Part shown: positions 16,520 through 26,355 of the stretch, in pieces
How the letters are laid out: the number at the start of each line of letters is the position of its first letter
Position numbering within the stretch: position 1 is the first letter of the stretch
DNA from: a virus
Lineage: Duplodnaviria; Caudoviricetes
IMG/VR virus record: IMGVR_UViG_3300030708_002776
Coordinates: 1-29,498 of that record
Direction: 5' to 3' (one strand)
Length of the DNA: 29,498 nt
The notes under the pieces: model-generated
Database searches by the model: none
What the model saw: the letters and a program-made list of their open reading frames with translations, nothing else
Told to the model about the DNA's origin: nothing
Position numbers and translations under genes: made by a program

Positions 16520-17905
16520 ATGGCTAAAAAGAAGATTCTTTTATTGTCAGATGATTTACGAATGTCGTCTGGTGTGGGAACGATGTCAAAAGAATTTGTT
16601 ATAGGTACAGCTCATCATTACGATTGGGCCCAGATAGGGGGAGCTATCAAACATCCTGAAAAAGGTAAAGTCGTTAATATGGATAAATCTATCCGTGAGG
16701 AATCAGGTTGTGAGGACGCTAAATTAACTATTTACCCTATCGATGGTTATGGTAATCCTGACTTATTACGTGAGGTAATGAATCGAGAAAGACCTGATGC
16801 AATACTTCACTATACAGACCCAAGATTTTGGAGATGGTTGTATGAAATGGAACACGAGATAAGACAAGAGATACCTATCTTTTATTATAATATCTGGGAC
16901 GATTGGCCTGCTCCTCACTACAACGAATTTTTCTACGAGAGTTGTGATTTAATAATGAACATATCGAAACAAACTTACTCTATTGTAAATGAAGTTTGGA
17001 AAAAGAATCCACCTGAGGACTGGCAGTTAACTTATCTACCCCATGGTGTCAGTAACAAATACTATCCAATCAATGTATTTGATGATGAGTACAAAGAAGT
17101 TCAAAAGTTAAGGTCTCAATTAACTGAAGATAATGTAGAGTTTATTGTATTTTATTGTAACAGAAATATAAGACGAAAGATGCCAGGTGATGTCATTATG
17201 GCTTTCAAAACGTTTTGTGATATGTTACCTGAAGAACAAGCTGACAAATGTGCCTTATTAATGCACACTCAACCTAGAGATGAAAACGGAACTGATTTAC
17301 CTGAGGTTGCTAAACAAATGGCTCCTAATCGTAAAGTATATTTTAGTGATAGAAAGTTAGAGACAGAACAACTTAACTTATTGTACAATATGGTTGATGT
17401 AACGATTAACCTAGCTTCAAATGAAGGTTTCGGATTAGGAACTTGTGAATCATTGATGGCAGGAACACCTATTATTGTTAATGTTACAGGGGGACTACAA
17501 GACCAATGTGGATTCAAATACAAGAATAAATTTGTTACTCACAAAGATTATCTTGAAATAAAATCATTTCACGATGATAAAAAGTGGAAAGATAATCCAG
17601 ACTTAACGTGGGGTGATTGGGTAAAACCTGTATGGCCTGCTACACGTTCGTTACAAGGTTCAATACCGACTCCATATATCTTTGATGACAGATGTAGATT
17701 TGATGATGCTGCTGATAGAATTAAAGAGTTTTACGATATGGGTCCTGAAAAAAGACAATCCTGTGGTCTCAACGGACACGAGTTTGTAATGGACAAAGAC
17801 GTTATGATGTCAGTAAAAGCTATGTCAGATAATTTTATAAAACAAATGGACAAAGCTTTTGAGATGTGGAAACCTAGAAAACAATTTAGTTTATTTAAGG
17901 TATAG
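16520..17905 (+). CDS. Glycosyltransferase, GT-B fold (GT4-like)
   Basis: KILLLSDD...SGVG, LPHGV, NRNIRRK, EGFGL-x3-E...GTPII (E-x7-E). Confidence 0.9.
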   Translation: MAKKKILLLSDDLRMSSGVGTMSKEFVIGTAHHYDWAQIGGAIKHPEKGKVVNMDKSIREESGCEDAKLTIYPIDGYGNPDLLREVMNRERPDAILHYTDPRFWRWLYEMEHEIRQEIPIFYYNIWDDWPAPHYNEFFYESCDLIMNISKQTYSIVNEVWKKNPPEDWQLTYLPHGVSNKYYPINVFDDEYKEVQKLRSQLTEDNVEFIVFYCNRNIRRKMPGDVIMAFKTFCDMLPEEQADKCALLMHTQPRDENGTDLPEVAKQMAPNRKVYFSDRKLETEQLNLLYNMVDVTINLASNEGFGLGTCESLMAGTPIIVNVTGGLQDQCGFKYKNKFVTHKDYLEIKSFHDDKKWKDNPDLTWGDWVKPVWPATRSLQGSIPTPYIFDDRCRFDDAADRIKEFYDMGPEKRQSCGLNGHEFVMDKDVMMSVKAMSDNFIKQMDKAFEMWKPRKQFSLFKV

Positions 17906-17913
17906 GAGAAGTA

Positions 17914-19275
17914 ATGAGTAAACCAGTATGTTTAGTAACAGCTCCTGTAGCCACAAGAAGTGGTTATGGGGCTCATAGTAGAGACATTGTGAGAGCTCTT
18001 ATCGAATTAGATAAGTATGATGTCAAAATTTATAATGTTCGATGGGGTAATACTCCTATGAATGCTCTTGATACTAATGATGATAATGACAAAATGATTA
18101 TTGAGAGATTACTTCCGACTCCTCACTTACCTAAACAACCTGAAATTCATATTCACATAGTGATACCTAATGAGTTTCAACCTATAGCAAAATATAATAT
18201 AGGAATCACAGCGGGACTTGAAACGACAGCTTGTCCGGCGGCTTGGATTGAAGGATTGAATAGAATGAATGTAAATTTTGTACCTTCAACGTTTGTTAAG
18301 GAGGTTGTTGAGAAGACGGTCTTTGATGTTCAAGATGAAAGAACAAAACAAGTAACAGGTGAATTAAGAACAAATAAACCTATCGAAGTTCTGTTCGAAG
18401 GTACAGATACTAATATTTATAAGAAGACAACAGAGTTTAGTCCTTTGTTAGTTGATGAGATGAAAAAAGTTGATGATACGTTTAACTTTCTATTTGTAGG
18501 TCATTGGTTAGCAGGAGGTTTAGGTAAAGATAGAAAAGACGTAGGGATGTTACTTAAAGTTTTTTACGAAACATTTAAGAATGACAAGAGAAAACCTGGA
18601 CTTATATTAAAGACAAGTGGAGCAGGATTCTCAGTTCTTGATAGGGAAGCTATTTTAGGCAAAATAGAATCTGTTAAGTCAGGAATCAAAGGTGAACTAC
18701 CTAATGTATATTTAATGCACGGTGATTTTTCTGATGAACAAATGAATGAACTATATAATCATCCTAAAGTAAAAGCTCATATAAATTTAACTCACGGTGA
18801 AGGATTCGGAAGGCCTTTATTAGAGTCAACTATGTCAAAGAAACCTGTTATAGCTAGTGATTGGAGTGGACACAAAGACTTTTTACCTAAAGATTTAGCT
18901 ATACTTTTACAAGGACACTTAACTGATGTTCCTAAGGAGTCATTTCCAAAGGATATGCACATAAATGGAGCTAAATGGTTTACTGCTAACTATCAACAAA
19001 CTTCAGCTATTATGAGAGATGTATTTGTCAATTATAAAAAATACAAAATAAATGCTGAAAAATTGACTATGGTAAATAAGTCGAAGTTCTCATTAAAACA
19101 AATGACAAAAGACTTAGGTGTATTACTTGACAAATATGTTCCTGAGTTTCCTAAAGAAGTTAAACTTGAACTACCTAAGTTGAAAAAAGTAGGAGCAAAT
19201 GGAGCAAAGGGTGATACGGGTGATACAAAACCACCTACACCTGAAATGAAACTACCCAAATTAAAGAGAGTATAA
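17914..19275 (+). CDS. Glycosyltransferase, GT-B fold (GT4-like)
   Basis: RSGYG, FLFVG, RKD, GEGFGRPLLE...KPVIASDWSGH. Confidence 0.9.
   Translation: MSKPVCLVTAPVATRSGYGAHSRDIVRALIELDKYDVKIYNVRWGNTPMNALDTNDDNDKMIIERLLPTPHLPKQPEIHIHIVIPNEFQPIAKYNIGITAGLETTACPAAWIEGLNRMNVNFVPSTFVKEVVEKTVFDVQDERTKQVTGELRTNKPIEVLFEGTDTNIYKKTTEFSPLLVDEMKKVDDTFNFLFVGHWLAGGLGKDRKDVGMLLKVFYETFKNDKRKPGLILKTSGAGFSVLDREAILGKIESVKSGIKGELPNVYLMHGDFSDEQMNELYNHPKVKAHINLTHGEGFGRPLLESTMSKKPVIASDWSGHKDFLPKDLAILLQGHLTDVPKESFPKDMHINGAKWFTANYQQTSAIMRDVFVNYKKYKINAEKLTMVNKSKFSLKQMTKDLGVLLDKYVPEFPKEVKLELPKLKKVGANGAKGDTGDTKPPTPEMKLPKLKRV
19192..19227 (+). repeat. Two pairs of 9-nt tandem repeats encoding GAN-GAK-GDT-GDT
   Basis: GGAGCAAAT GGAGCAAAG GGTGATACG GGTGATACA read directly from the sequence. 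Confidence 0.8.
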
Positions 19276-19276
19276 T

Positions 19277-19759
19277 ATGGAAAAAGTAATAGATTGTCCT
19301 GTATGTTATGATACAGATAGATGTTTTGAAGATGTACAAGAAAATTATAGTTCTTTCTTATGTTTCAAATGTGGATTTATGAGTGATTCAAGATATGAAA
19401 TAGGAGGACTACAATTAATGGATAATCTTAAAAAGTCTCCTAGACTCGTACAGGAATTACAATTCGAAGACAAAGATAGAAACATTGTTTGGTTCCCTGC
19501 TGTTATTAATATGGGAGAAAAGGGAATCATATTTCCAGATGTTCCTGATGAAAAGAAAACAGACGAAGCTAGTTTCGATGCAAGAACTGAAAACTATGTA
19601 TGGAAATATGCAGCTGTAGTCGATGTGCCTCAAGAAGACCAATCAAAATATGATAATCACACAAGAAGATTAGACGTTGAAAATGCTAAAGAGTTTTCTA
19701 AATATGAGTTTATGGAAGCCTGTAAAGAAATGGGAATCACAAGGGACATAAGTGGCTAA
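19277..19759 (+). CDS. Hypothetical protein with N-terminal zinc ribbon
   Basis: CPVC...CFKC. Confidence 0.75.
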   Translation: MEKVIDCPVCYDTDRCFEDVQENYSSFLCFKCGFMSDSRYEIGGLQLMDNLKKSPRLVQELQFEDKDRNIVWFPAVINMGEKGIIFPDVPDEKKTDEASFDARTENYVWKYAAVVDVPQEDQSKYDNHTRRLDVENAKEFSKYEFMEACKEMGITRDISG

Positions 19760-20210
19760 ACAAATCTACAAATGGAGTTCTGTTCGAGCCGGGGACATTA
19801 TATCATTTAGATATAAGGGAAACAAACCTACAGCCACACTCACTACAATACTTGTATTGAATCCTAAAATGCCGTATAAAGGTAAACAAGGTAATGTTTT
19901 TCATCTGATTGGATTGAAACTTGAGTCTCAAGGTAATATTCCTTTTATTAGAAATAGAACAGAATTAGTTGAGTTACTTGACAGAATAGGAAATTTACAA
20001 GCAGTCGATGTTGAAAATGAAATCTATCGTGTTGAGATTCAAGGTACAGGACCACGAGGTCTACGTAAAGCAGCTTATACGAAACTCAAAAGATATTTCG
20101 AACAACACGGAAATTACAGAACTTATAGGTGGGAAGAGGCTACAAACTCAACGGTATTCTTAGAACCTATAAAATTACCTCAGAGATTCAGGGAAATTTT
20201 AAGTGCTTAG
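19752..20210 (+). CDS. Hypothetical basic protein (152 aa)
   Basis: GTG start, 8-nt overlaps with both neighbours. Confidence 0.7.
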   Translation: MAKQIYKWSSVRAGDIISFRYKGNKPTATLTTILVLNPKMPYKGKQGNVFHLIGLKLESQGNIPFIRNRTELVELLDRIGNLQAVDVENEIYRVEIQGTGPRGLRKAAYTKLKRYFEQHGNYRTYRWEEATNSTVFLEPIKLPQRFREILSA

Positions 20211-20847
20211 TTATGCTATCACCGTCTGTAATGAAGCTGTTGAGATACAAAACTTAGTTACATTTCTATTAGATACCAAAAGAACAGAAGATGAAATAGT
20301 AATCACTTTTGACTCTAAAAACGGGTCAAAGAGTGTAGAGGATTACCTCAGAGCTAAATCAGTAAATGGTGAGTTTAGTTGGCATCCTTTTGAGTTTCAA
20401 GGTAACTTTTCTGATTTAAAAAATCACACTAAAAGTATGTGTAGAGGTGAGTATATTTGTCATTTAGATGCTGATGAAATACCTCACGAGACTTTAATTG
20501 AACAATTACCTCAGATAATCGAGATGAATGATGTTGATTTGATTTGGTTACCAAGAGTAAATACGGTAGACGGAATGACAAAAGAACACGTTGAGAAGTG
20601 GGGTTGGAGAGTATCAGAAAAAGGTTGGGTTAACTATCCTGATTATCAAGCAAGAGTTTTTAGAAATACAGAAGAGATAAAATGGATACGACCACTTCAC
20701 GAATACATTACAGGAAGTAAAACATACTCACATTTACCTCCGTATGAAGAATTAAGTTTATATCATCATAAAACAATCGAAAAACAAGAACAACAAAATA
20801 TGTTTTACAATCAAAATTTCAGTCCCGAAATGAACGTTAGGAGATAA
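20203..20847 (+). CDS. Glycosyltransferase family 2 (GT-A)
   Basis: SYAITVCNE, FSDLKN, LDADE (DxD), YPDYQARVF, LHE. Confidence 0.88.
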   Translation: MLSYAITVCNEAVEIQNLVTFLLDTKRTEDEIVITFDSKNGSKSVEDYLRAKSVNGEFSWHPFEFQGNFSDLKNHTKSMCRGEYICHLDADEIPHETLIEQLPQIIEMNDVDLIWLPRVNTVDGMTKEHVEKWGWRVSEKGWVNYPDYQARVFRNTEEIKWIRPLHEYITGSKTYSHLPPYEELSLYHHKTIEKQEQQNMFYNQNFSPEMNVRR

Positions 20848-20848
20848 T

Positions 20849-22312
20849 TTGCCTAAAGAATATCCATTACAACTATTTTGGAGACTCATAGATAATAAGT
20901 TATACGGAGTTAATCACGTTAGAAATCTTGGATTCGAAGAGTCAGAAGGTTTACGAATACCTGACGAGTATCTTGATAATCAAGAGTTTGCCGTGTTGAG
21001 AACCGCTCACGGTATAGGTGATTGGGGTATTATTTCAGCTATGCCTAGATTACTAAAACAAAAGTATCCAAGTTGTAAAGTATATTTACCTTCTCCATTA
21101 CTATTAGACAAATTGTTTAAAGAGTATGCTTCACAATGGAGTGTTTGGAACAATCCTTTTAATAATGTTAAAACTATATTTGATAATAATCCCTATGTAG
21201 ATGGTTACAAAGATGACATACCAGGTGAAGTATTTCACGACCATTATAGAATATATGATAAAAACAAAACTGATATTCCTTTACTTGAACAAATTCTGAA
21301 GTTTTGGCAGTTTGAACCTGATGAACTTTCAGATTCACAACCTGAGTTATATTTTTCAGATGAAGAACGAGAGAAAGGTGATTCAATAATTAATGAGTAT
21401 ACAGATGGAGAGTTTGGAGCTCTGTTAATATCTGATAGATATAAGTTTACAGACGACAATCTAATAATAGATGTGTTAGAATCAAATCAGTTTCCTTATT
21501 TTTATTATTCACCTGTACCCTTACACGAAACATCATTTAACTTTATAGATAAGGCTCTTGATATAAGACATATGGATATGAGAACACAACTATATATAAG
21601 GTCGAGAGCAAAAGTAAATGTAGGTAATCAGAGTGGAGCCTTACAATTAGTTGTCAGAGATTCAGAAGTTTACGATGTAAAGAGACAATTTCCTATAGCA
21701 GGTAATATTGTTAAAGGTGAAAAATATTTAGTCGATGACTTCAAAAGAAATTTATTAGAAGATGTAGTTGATAAATCTGAATCAAAAACTACAACATCAT
21801 TAAAGTTCAAAGCTGATTTCATTGACTTTTTTAGAAATACAGATTATGTAAACAAGACACTTGTTGAGATAGGAAGTTCATTAGGACACGGTACTAAGGT
21901 GTTATGTAAGTTATTTAAAAAGGTTATAGCAGTAGATGTTTCCCCCGAAAAGCATGACTATGCTCGAGAGTATTTAGGAGAGGTGAACAATGTTGAGTTT
22001 AAACAAATGGATGTATACAATCAAAAATGGGATTTCGAGGACAAAGATGCAATAGTATTCATTGATTGTGTTCACGATTACAATCATCTAAAAAGTGATA
22101 TTGATAACTCGATAGCTACGTTTGATAAACCTATTATTATGTTTGATGATTATGGATTATTTCCTGACTTAAAACAATTAATCGATGAGTATGTTGAACA
22201 AGGTAAATTAAAGATATTAAAAAAGATTGGTGAACACAAGGGTAAATTCTATCCTGCTACACAAAATAAAATACTACGAGATAGTGAAGGACTGATATGT
22301 CAAACTCTATAA
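20849..22312 (+). CDS. Fusion: GT9 (heptosyltransferase)-like domain plus class I SAM methyltransferase
   Basis: N-half GIGD...MPRLLKQKYP, NNPYVD, GNQSGALQL; C-half VEIGSSLGHGT, AVD, FIDCVHDY, FDDYG. Confidence 0.72.
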   Translation: MPKEYPLQLFWRLIDNKLYGVNHVRNLGFEESEGLRIPDEYLDNQEFAVLRTAHGIGDWGIISAMPRLLKQKYPSCKVYLPSPLLLDKLFKEYASQWSVWNNPFNNVKTIFDNNPYVDGYKDDIPGEVFHDHYRIYDKNKTDIPLLEQILKFWQFEPDELSDSQPELYFSDEEREKGDSIINEYTDGEFGALLISDRYKFTDDNLIIDVLESNQFPYFYYSPVPLHETSFNFIDKALDIRHMDMRTQLYIRSRAKVNVGNQSGALQLVVRDSEVYDVKRQFPIAGNIVKGEKYLVDDFKRNLLEDVVDKSESKTTTSLKFKADFIDFFRNTDYVNKTLVEIGSSLGHGTKVLCKLFKKVIAVDVSPEKHDYAREYLGEVNNVEFKQMDVYNQKWDFEDKDAIVFIDCVHDYNHLKSDIDNSIATFDKPIIMFDDYGLFPDLKQLIDEYVEQGKLKILKKIGEHKGKFYPATQNKILRDSEGLICQTL

Positions 22313-22986
22313 TCTATACATCAATCTTTGGTAACTACGATGATGAACTTAATCAGAGACTTCCTGAGGGATGGGATTGGAAATGTTTTAATGAAACAAA
22401 TAGTTTATCTTTGTACTCAGATAATAATAGGAATGCTAAAAGATTCAAAGTTCTTCCTCATAGATACCTACAAGATTATGAATATAGTATTTTCATTGAT
22501 GGAAATATGAGTGTCGTTGGTAATGTAAATGAATTAGTAGAGAAGTATTTATCAGATAGTAATGTAGCATTCTTTAGTCATAACGAAAATACTTTAGATG
22601 CTAGAAATTGTATTTATGATGAGGCTAATTTAATTATTTCAGCTGGTAACTCTTGGATGGAAAAGACTCCTGAACGAGGAATGCTGAACTACAAAGACAA
22701 TCCTCACGTAATTAAAAAACAACTTGATAAATATGCTACATTAGGTTATCCTTCTCAGAATGGTTTGATAACAGGCATGGTAATACTCAGAAGACACAAT
22801 GAACAAGATTGTATTGATACAATGGAAGATTGGTGGACAGAAATTAAATACGGAAGTAAACGAGACCAGTTAAGTTTCAACTATGTAGCTTGGAAGAATC
22901 AACTCAAGTTTAATTATATGAAAGGTGACTCTCGTAATAATGAATATTTTACAAGAGACACAAAACCTCACAAAGGTAAAAAATGA
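22297..22986 (+). CDS. DUF616 (TOD1/MUCI70-like) glycosyltransferase-domain protein
   Basis: IYTSIFGNYD, KVLPHRYL, IDGN, RNCIYDEA, RDQLSFNYVAWK. Confidence 0.85.
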   Translation: MSNSIIYTSIFGNYDDELNQRLPEGWDWKCFNETNSLSLYSDNNRNAKRFKVLPHRYLQDYEYSIFIDGNMSVVGNVNELVEKYLSDSNVAFFSHNENTLDARNCIYDEANLIISAGNSWMEKTPERGMLNYKDNPHVIKKQLDKYATLGYPSQNGLITGMVILRRHNEQDCIDTMEDWWTEIKYGSKRDQLSFNYVAWKNQLKFNYMKGDSRNNEYFTRDTKPHKGKK

Positions 22987-23747
22987 AGAACATAGTTTTT
23001 ATTCCTAATATCAATCTAGGTAACGGTCGAAGTGATTCATATCAATATTCAATCAATAGTTGGAAACACTGGTGTGATAAGAATGACGTTGAACTGATAG
23101 TCTGGGAAGATTTGATTTATCCTGTTGATTATATGAAGATAACTTGGCAGAGATATTATATGTTTGATATTTTAGAAGGAAATAATATCGAGTATGACCA
23201 AATATTAATGGTAGATGCTGATACAATAGTTCATCCTGATTGTCCTAACTTCTTTGATGAAACAGAACGTAAGTATTGTGGAGTTCAAGTCGATGGATGT
23301 TATGAGTGGGTAACAAGAAGTATCAGAGGATTCGGTGATATGTTATTTGATGGTCAACGTATACATCCATGGAGATATATCAACGGAGGTTTTCAAATTG
23401 TAAACTCAGAACACAAATCTTTTTTTGAATCAATGAAAACTTACTATCTTAACAACTCAGAAAAAATTACAAATGCTATAGATACTTTAAAGTGTGGAAC
23501 TGACCAGACTATCGTGAATTATATGTTACATCAAGAAAAAATTGATGTAAAGATGTTACCTAGTTGTTACAATCTACAAGATTTATTTAGAAAAAATCTA
23601 CTATATGTATCAGGTCGAGAATGGTGGACGGATGAATTACATTTCTTAGAAGCGGGTTGGGTTTATCATTATAATTCAATACCTCAAAATCCTATGAACA
23701 GAGACGCTAACTATTGGATAAAAAGAACATACGAGGAGTTATTTTGA
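22983..23747 (+). CDS. GT-A glycosyltransferase (GT8/GT34-like)
   Basis: VDADT (DxD), YINGGF, DQTIVNY, YN, YHY. Confidence 0.8.
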   Translation: MKNIVFIPNINLGNGRSDSYQYSINSWKHWCDKNDVELIVWEDLIYPVDYMKITWQRYYMFDILEGNNIEYDQILMVDADTIVHPDCPNFFDETERKYCGVQVDGCYEWVTRSIRGFGDMLFDGQRIHPWRYINGGFQIVNSEHKSFFESMKTYYLNNSEKITNAIDTLKCGTDQTIVNYMLHQEKIDVKMLPSCYNLQDLFRKNLLYVSGREWWTDELHFLEAGWVYHYNSIPQNPMNRDANYWIKRTYEELF

Positions 23748-24175
23748 AAAATCAAAAAATAATAGGATTCACGAGTGGTTACTTTGATATAATGCATCCC
23801 GGTCACGTTTTGATGTTAGATGAATGTAAAATGTATTGTGATTATTTGATAGTAGGTGTACACTCATTTATCACTCAAACTCCTCAACCTGACGGAAGAA
23901 AAAAGAATCAACCTATTTGGACAGCAGATGAAAGACTAATGATGGTACAATCAAGTAAATATGTTGATAAGGCTTTTCTATATGATGGTGAAGAAGAGTT
24001 GTATAAGTATCTTAAAGAAAATCAAAACTTAATTAACGTTCGTATTTTAGGAGAAGACCACAAAGATAAACCTTTCACTGGTGATGATTTAAAAATTAAT
24101 ATTGTTTTCAATACTAGAAGACATAATTATAGTACGACAAACACAATCAAAAAAATAATCGAAGAGAGAACTTAA
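23744..24175 (+). CDS. HxGH cytidylyltransferase (glycerol-3-phosphate cytidylyltransferase TagD-like)
   Basis: GYFDIMHPGH, LIVGV, ER...YVD, RILGEDH, YSTT; TTG 23744 follows GAGGAG at 23733-23738. Confidence 0.85.
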   Translation: MKNQKIIGFTSGYFDIMHPGHVLMLDECKMYCDYLIVGVHSFITQTPQPDGRKKNQPIWTADERLMMVQSSKYVDKAFLYDGEEELYKYLKENQNLINVRILGEDHKDKPFTGDDLKINIVFNTRRHNYSTTNTIKKIIEERT

Positions 24176-24930
24176 TGAATATTGAATTTGTATTTTCAGA
24201 GTTTGGAACTCGAATGACTGCTAATCAACCAGACTCATTTACTGATGAATACAGATTAGACCCAACATATTCATCTGTCAAACAATTCTTTCCTGAAGCT
24301 AAACTAACGATGTATACTGATAATCGTGATTTGGGAAAAAACTATGATGATGTGGAGATTAGATTAGTTGACATAGAATCAAGTCCGTTTGATAAGAGTA
24401 ATCATAGATGGGGTTGGCACGCTTGTGATTATTATCAGGTCAAAGGATTATTAGATTCAAAGGCAGATATAGCTATCTCAGTAGATTCTGATGTAATGTT
24501 CGTAAATGATGAAGTAAAAACTATTCTACCTATAACAGAAAGATTTGGAATATGTGTACCTCAAAATGAAAGACAGATGGTAAAAGTTGACGGTATACAC
24601 ACACGTGGTAATGATGGTGATTTTCATATTGAGGAAAGTTCTAACAGAGGAAATATTTTAACTTATGACCTTTGGTGGATGTCTTTCGATACAAAAAATA
24701 CTAGAAGTAGGAAATGGTTGTCTGAGTTCGGTAGATTAATGGTCTCAAATCCAAGACGAGCTCCATTACAAATGTCAAGAGCCGCCTGGAATACTGGTAT
24801 TCATCCTTATGCTATGCCAATACAATGGGGAGTCGGACACGGACACGTTGGTTGTGGTAATGAAATCATTTTACATTTAGGACATCAAAGAGTAAGAGAA
24901 TATTATTTGGAGGGTAAAAATGTTAGTTGA
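24175..24930 (+). CDS. Hypothetical protein, possible divergent GT-A glycosyltransferase
   Basis: SSVKQFFPEA...YTD, ISVDSDV (DxD after a beta strand), ILH near the C-terminus; cluster context. Confidence 0.55.
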   Translation: MNIEFVFSEFGTRMTANQPDSFTDEYRLDPTYSSVKQFFPEAKLTMYTDNRDLGKNYDDVEIRLVDIESSPFDKSNHRWGWHACDYYQVKGLLDSKADIAISVDSDVMFVNDEVKTILPITERFGICVPQNERQMVKVDGIHTRGNDGDFHIEESSNRGNILTYDLWWMSFDTKNTRSRKWLSEFGRLMVSNPRRAPLQMSRAAWNTGIHPYAMPIQWGVGHGHVGCGNEIILHLGHQRVREYYLEGKNVS

Positions 24931-25618
24931 GTTAGCAAAGAAATATGATGTTGATATGTTTGAACTAGGTTATCTTGAACATTATGAAAAACGTTTTGAT
25001 GATATAAGACTTGATGTCAAGAAGGTTTTAGAAATCGGTGTAGAGACTGGATGTTCACATAGGATGTGGTTAGAATATTTTCCTAATGCCACAATTTACG
25101 GATTCGATATATTCAACGAGGATGATAGGTCAGGTTATTGTGATGTGTTACGTGAAAAGATGAAAGACAATCCCTACTTAGACCGTTCAGTTTTATTTAA
25201 AGGTGACCAACAAGAAGTCAAAGATTTGAATAGATTTTTAACAATGCATGGAAGAGATTTTGACTTGATTATAGATGATGGTGGTCATACTATGAGACAA
25301 CAACAAGTAACTCTTCCTATAATGTTAGAAGCCACTAAGTCAGGAGGTTATTATGTAATTGAGGATTTACACACCTGTAGTGGTCAATGGAAAACATTAT
25401 ATGGTTACGAAGTCATAGAGGAAGGTGATACAATCACAACTGATATTATCAACGATATAGAAAACAATTACTATTCAATTAAAGAGACAAGTTACATAAA
25501 TGAACTTCAAATGAAAGATATACATAATAGTATCGAAAGTTGTAAGTTAGAAACAGGAAACAAAAAATACAAAAATTATATTTGGCCAACACTACTTAGT
25601 TTTATGGTTAAAAAATGA
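24920..25618 (+). CDS. Class I SAM-dependent methyltransferase (sugar O-methyltransferase-like)
   Basis: VLEIGV, YGFDI, GDQ, DLIIDDGGH, GGYYVIEDL. Confidence 0.88.
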   Translation: MLVELAKKYDVDMFELGYLEHYEKRFDDIRLDVKKVLEIGVETGCSHRMWLEYFPNATIYGFDIFNEDDRSGYCDVLREKMKDNPYLDRSVLFKGDQQEVKDLNRFLTMHGRDFDLIIDDGGHTMRQQQVTLPIMLEATKSGGYYVIEDLHTCSGQWKTLYGYEVIEEGDTITTDIINDIENNYYSIKETSYINELQMKDIHNSIESCKLETGNKKYKNYIWPTLLSFMVKK

Positions 25619-26355
25619 GTAAAGTAGCTTTAATAGTTGAGACAAGAGAACATCCTGCTCTTCCTATGGTTTTAAAAAGTGTACGTAGAGCTCTCGATGA
25701 TGATTGGAAATTACAAATCTATCACGGGAATAAAAATGTAGACTATATGAAAAAAATATCAGATACAGAATGGGGTCAGAATTTCATAATGACTCCAATG
25801 GGATTTGATGAGTTACCTCAATGGCCTGAATCAAATGATTTAATGGTTTCAAAAGAGTTTTGGAAACAAAGTGAAGGTAAAACAATTTTATATTTTGAAA
25901 CAGATTGTATTATATGTTTTAATTCAAGATACACAATAAATGATTTTCTTGATTTTGATTACATAGGAGGCTATTGGGGAAACAAAATACCTGACCTTGA
26001 CGAAAAGTATACTTGGATAATGAATGGTGGTTTATCTATAAGAAAAAAGAAATTTATATTAGATAGTATAAAATACAAACATAAAGAATATCTACGAAGA
26101 GGAGGTAATCCTTGTGAAGATTATTTTTTCAGTGCTTGTGTAGAAGATAAACCCTTAGTAAGAGATGTGCTTTCTTTTTCGATTGATAATGGTTACGTGG
26201 CTCCTCAAGTAGGAGTTCCTTTCGGTCTACATAAACCTTGGGGTCTGATTCCTGCTAGAGGACACGGAGCTGGATATCCTGAAACTAAAAAAGTTTGTCG
26301 TACAGATAAAGATGGAAATTATTTAGAAGAATTTGAAAGATTACATAATGTATAA
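25615..26355 (+). CDS. DUF5672 family protein (glycosyltransferase-like)
   Basis: IVETREH, FETD, FDYIG, NGGLSIR, EDYFFS, PFGLHKPW. Confidence 0.8.
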   Translation: MSKVALIVETREHPALPMVLKSVRRALDDDWKLQIYHGNKNVDYMKKISDTEWGQNFIMTPMGFDELPQWPESNDLMVSKEFWKQSEGKTILYFETDCIICFNSRYTINDFLDFDYIGGYWGNKIPDLDEKYTWIMNGGLSIRKKKFILDSIKYKHKEYLRRGGNPCEDYFFSACVEDKPLVRDVLSFSIDNGYVAPQVGVPFGLHKPWGLIPARGHGAGYPETKKVCRTDKDGNYLEEFERLHNV

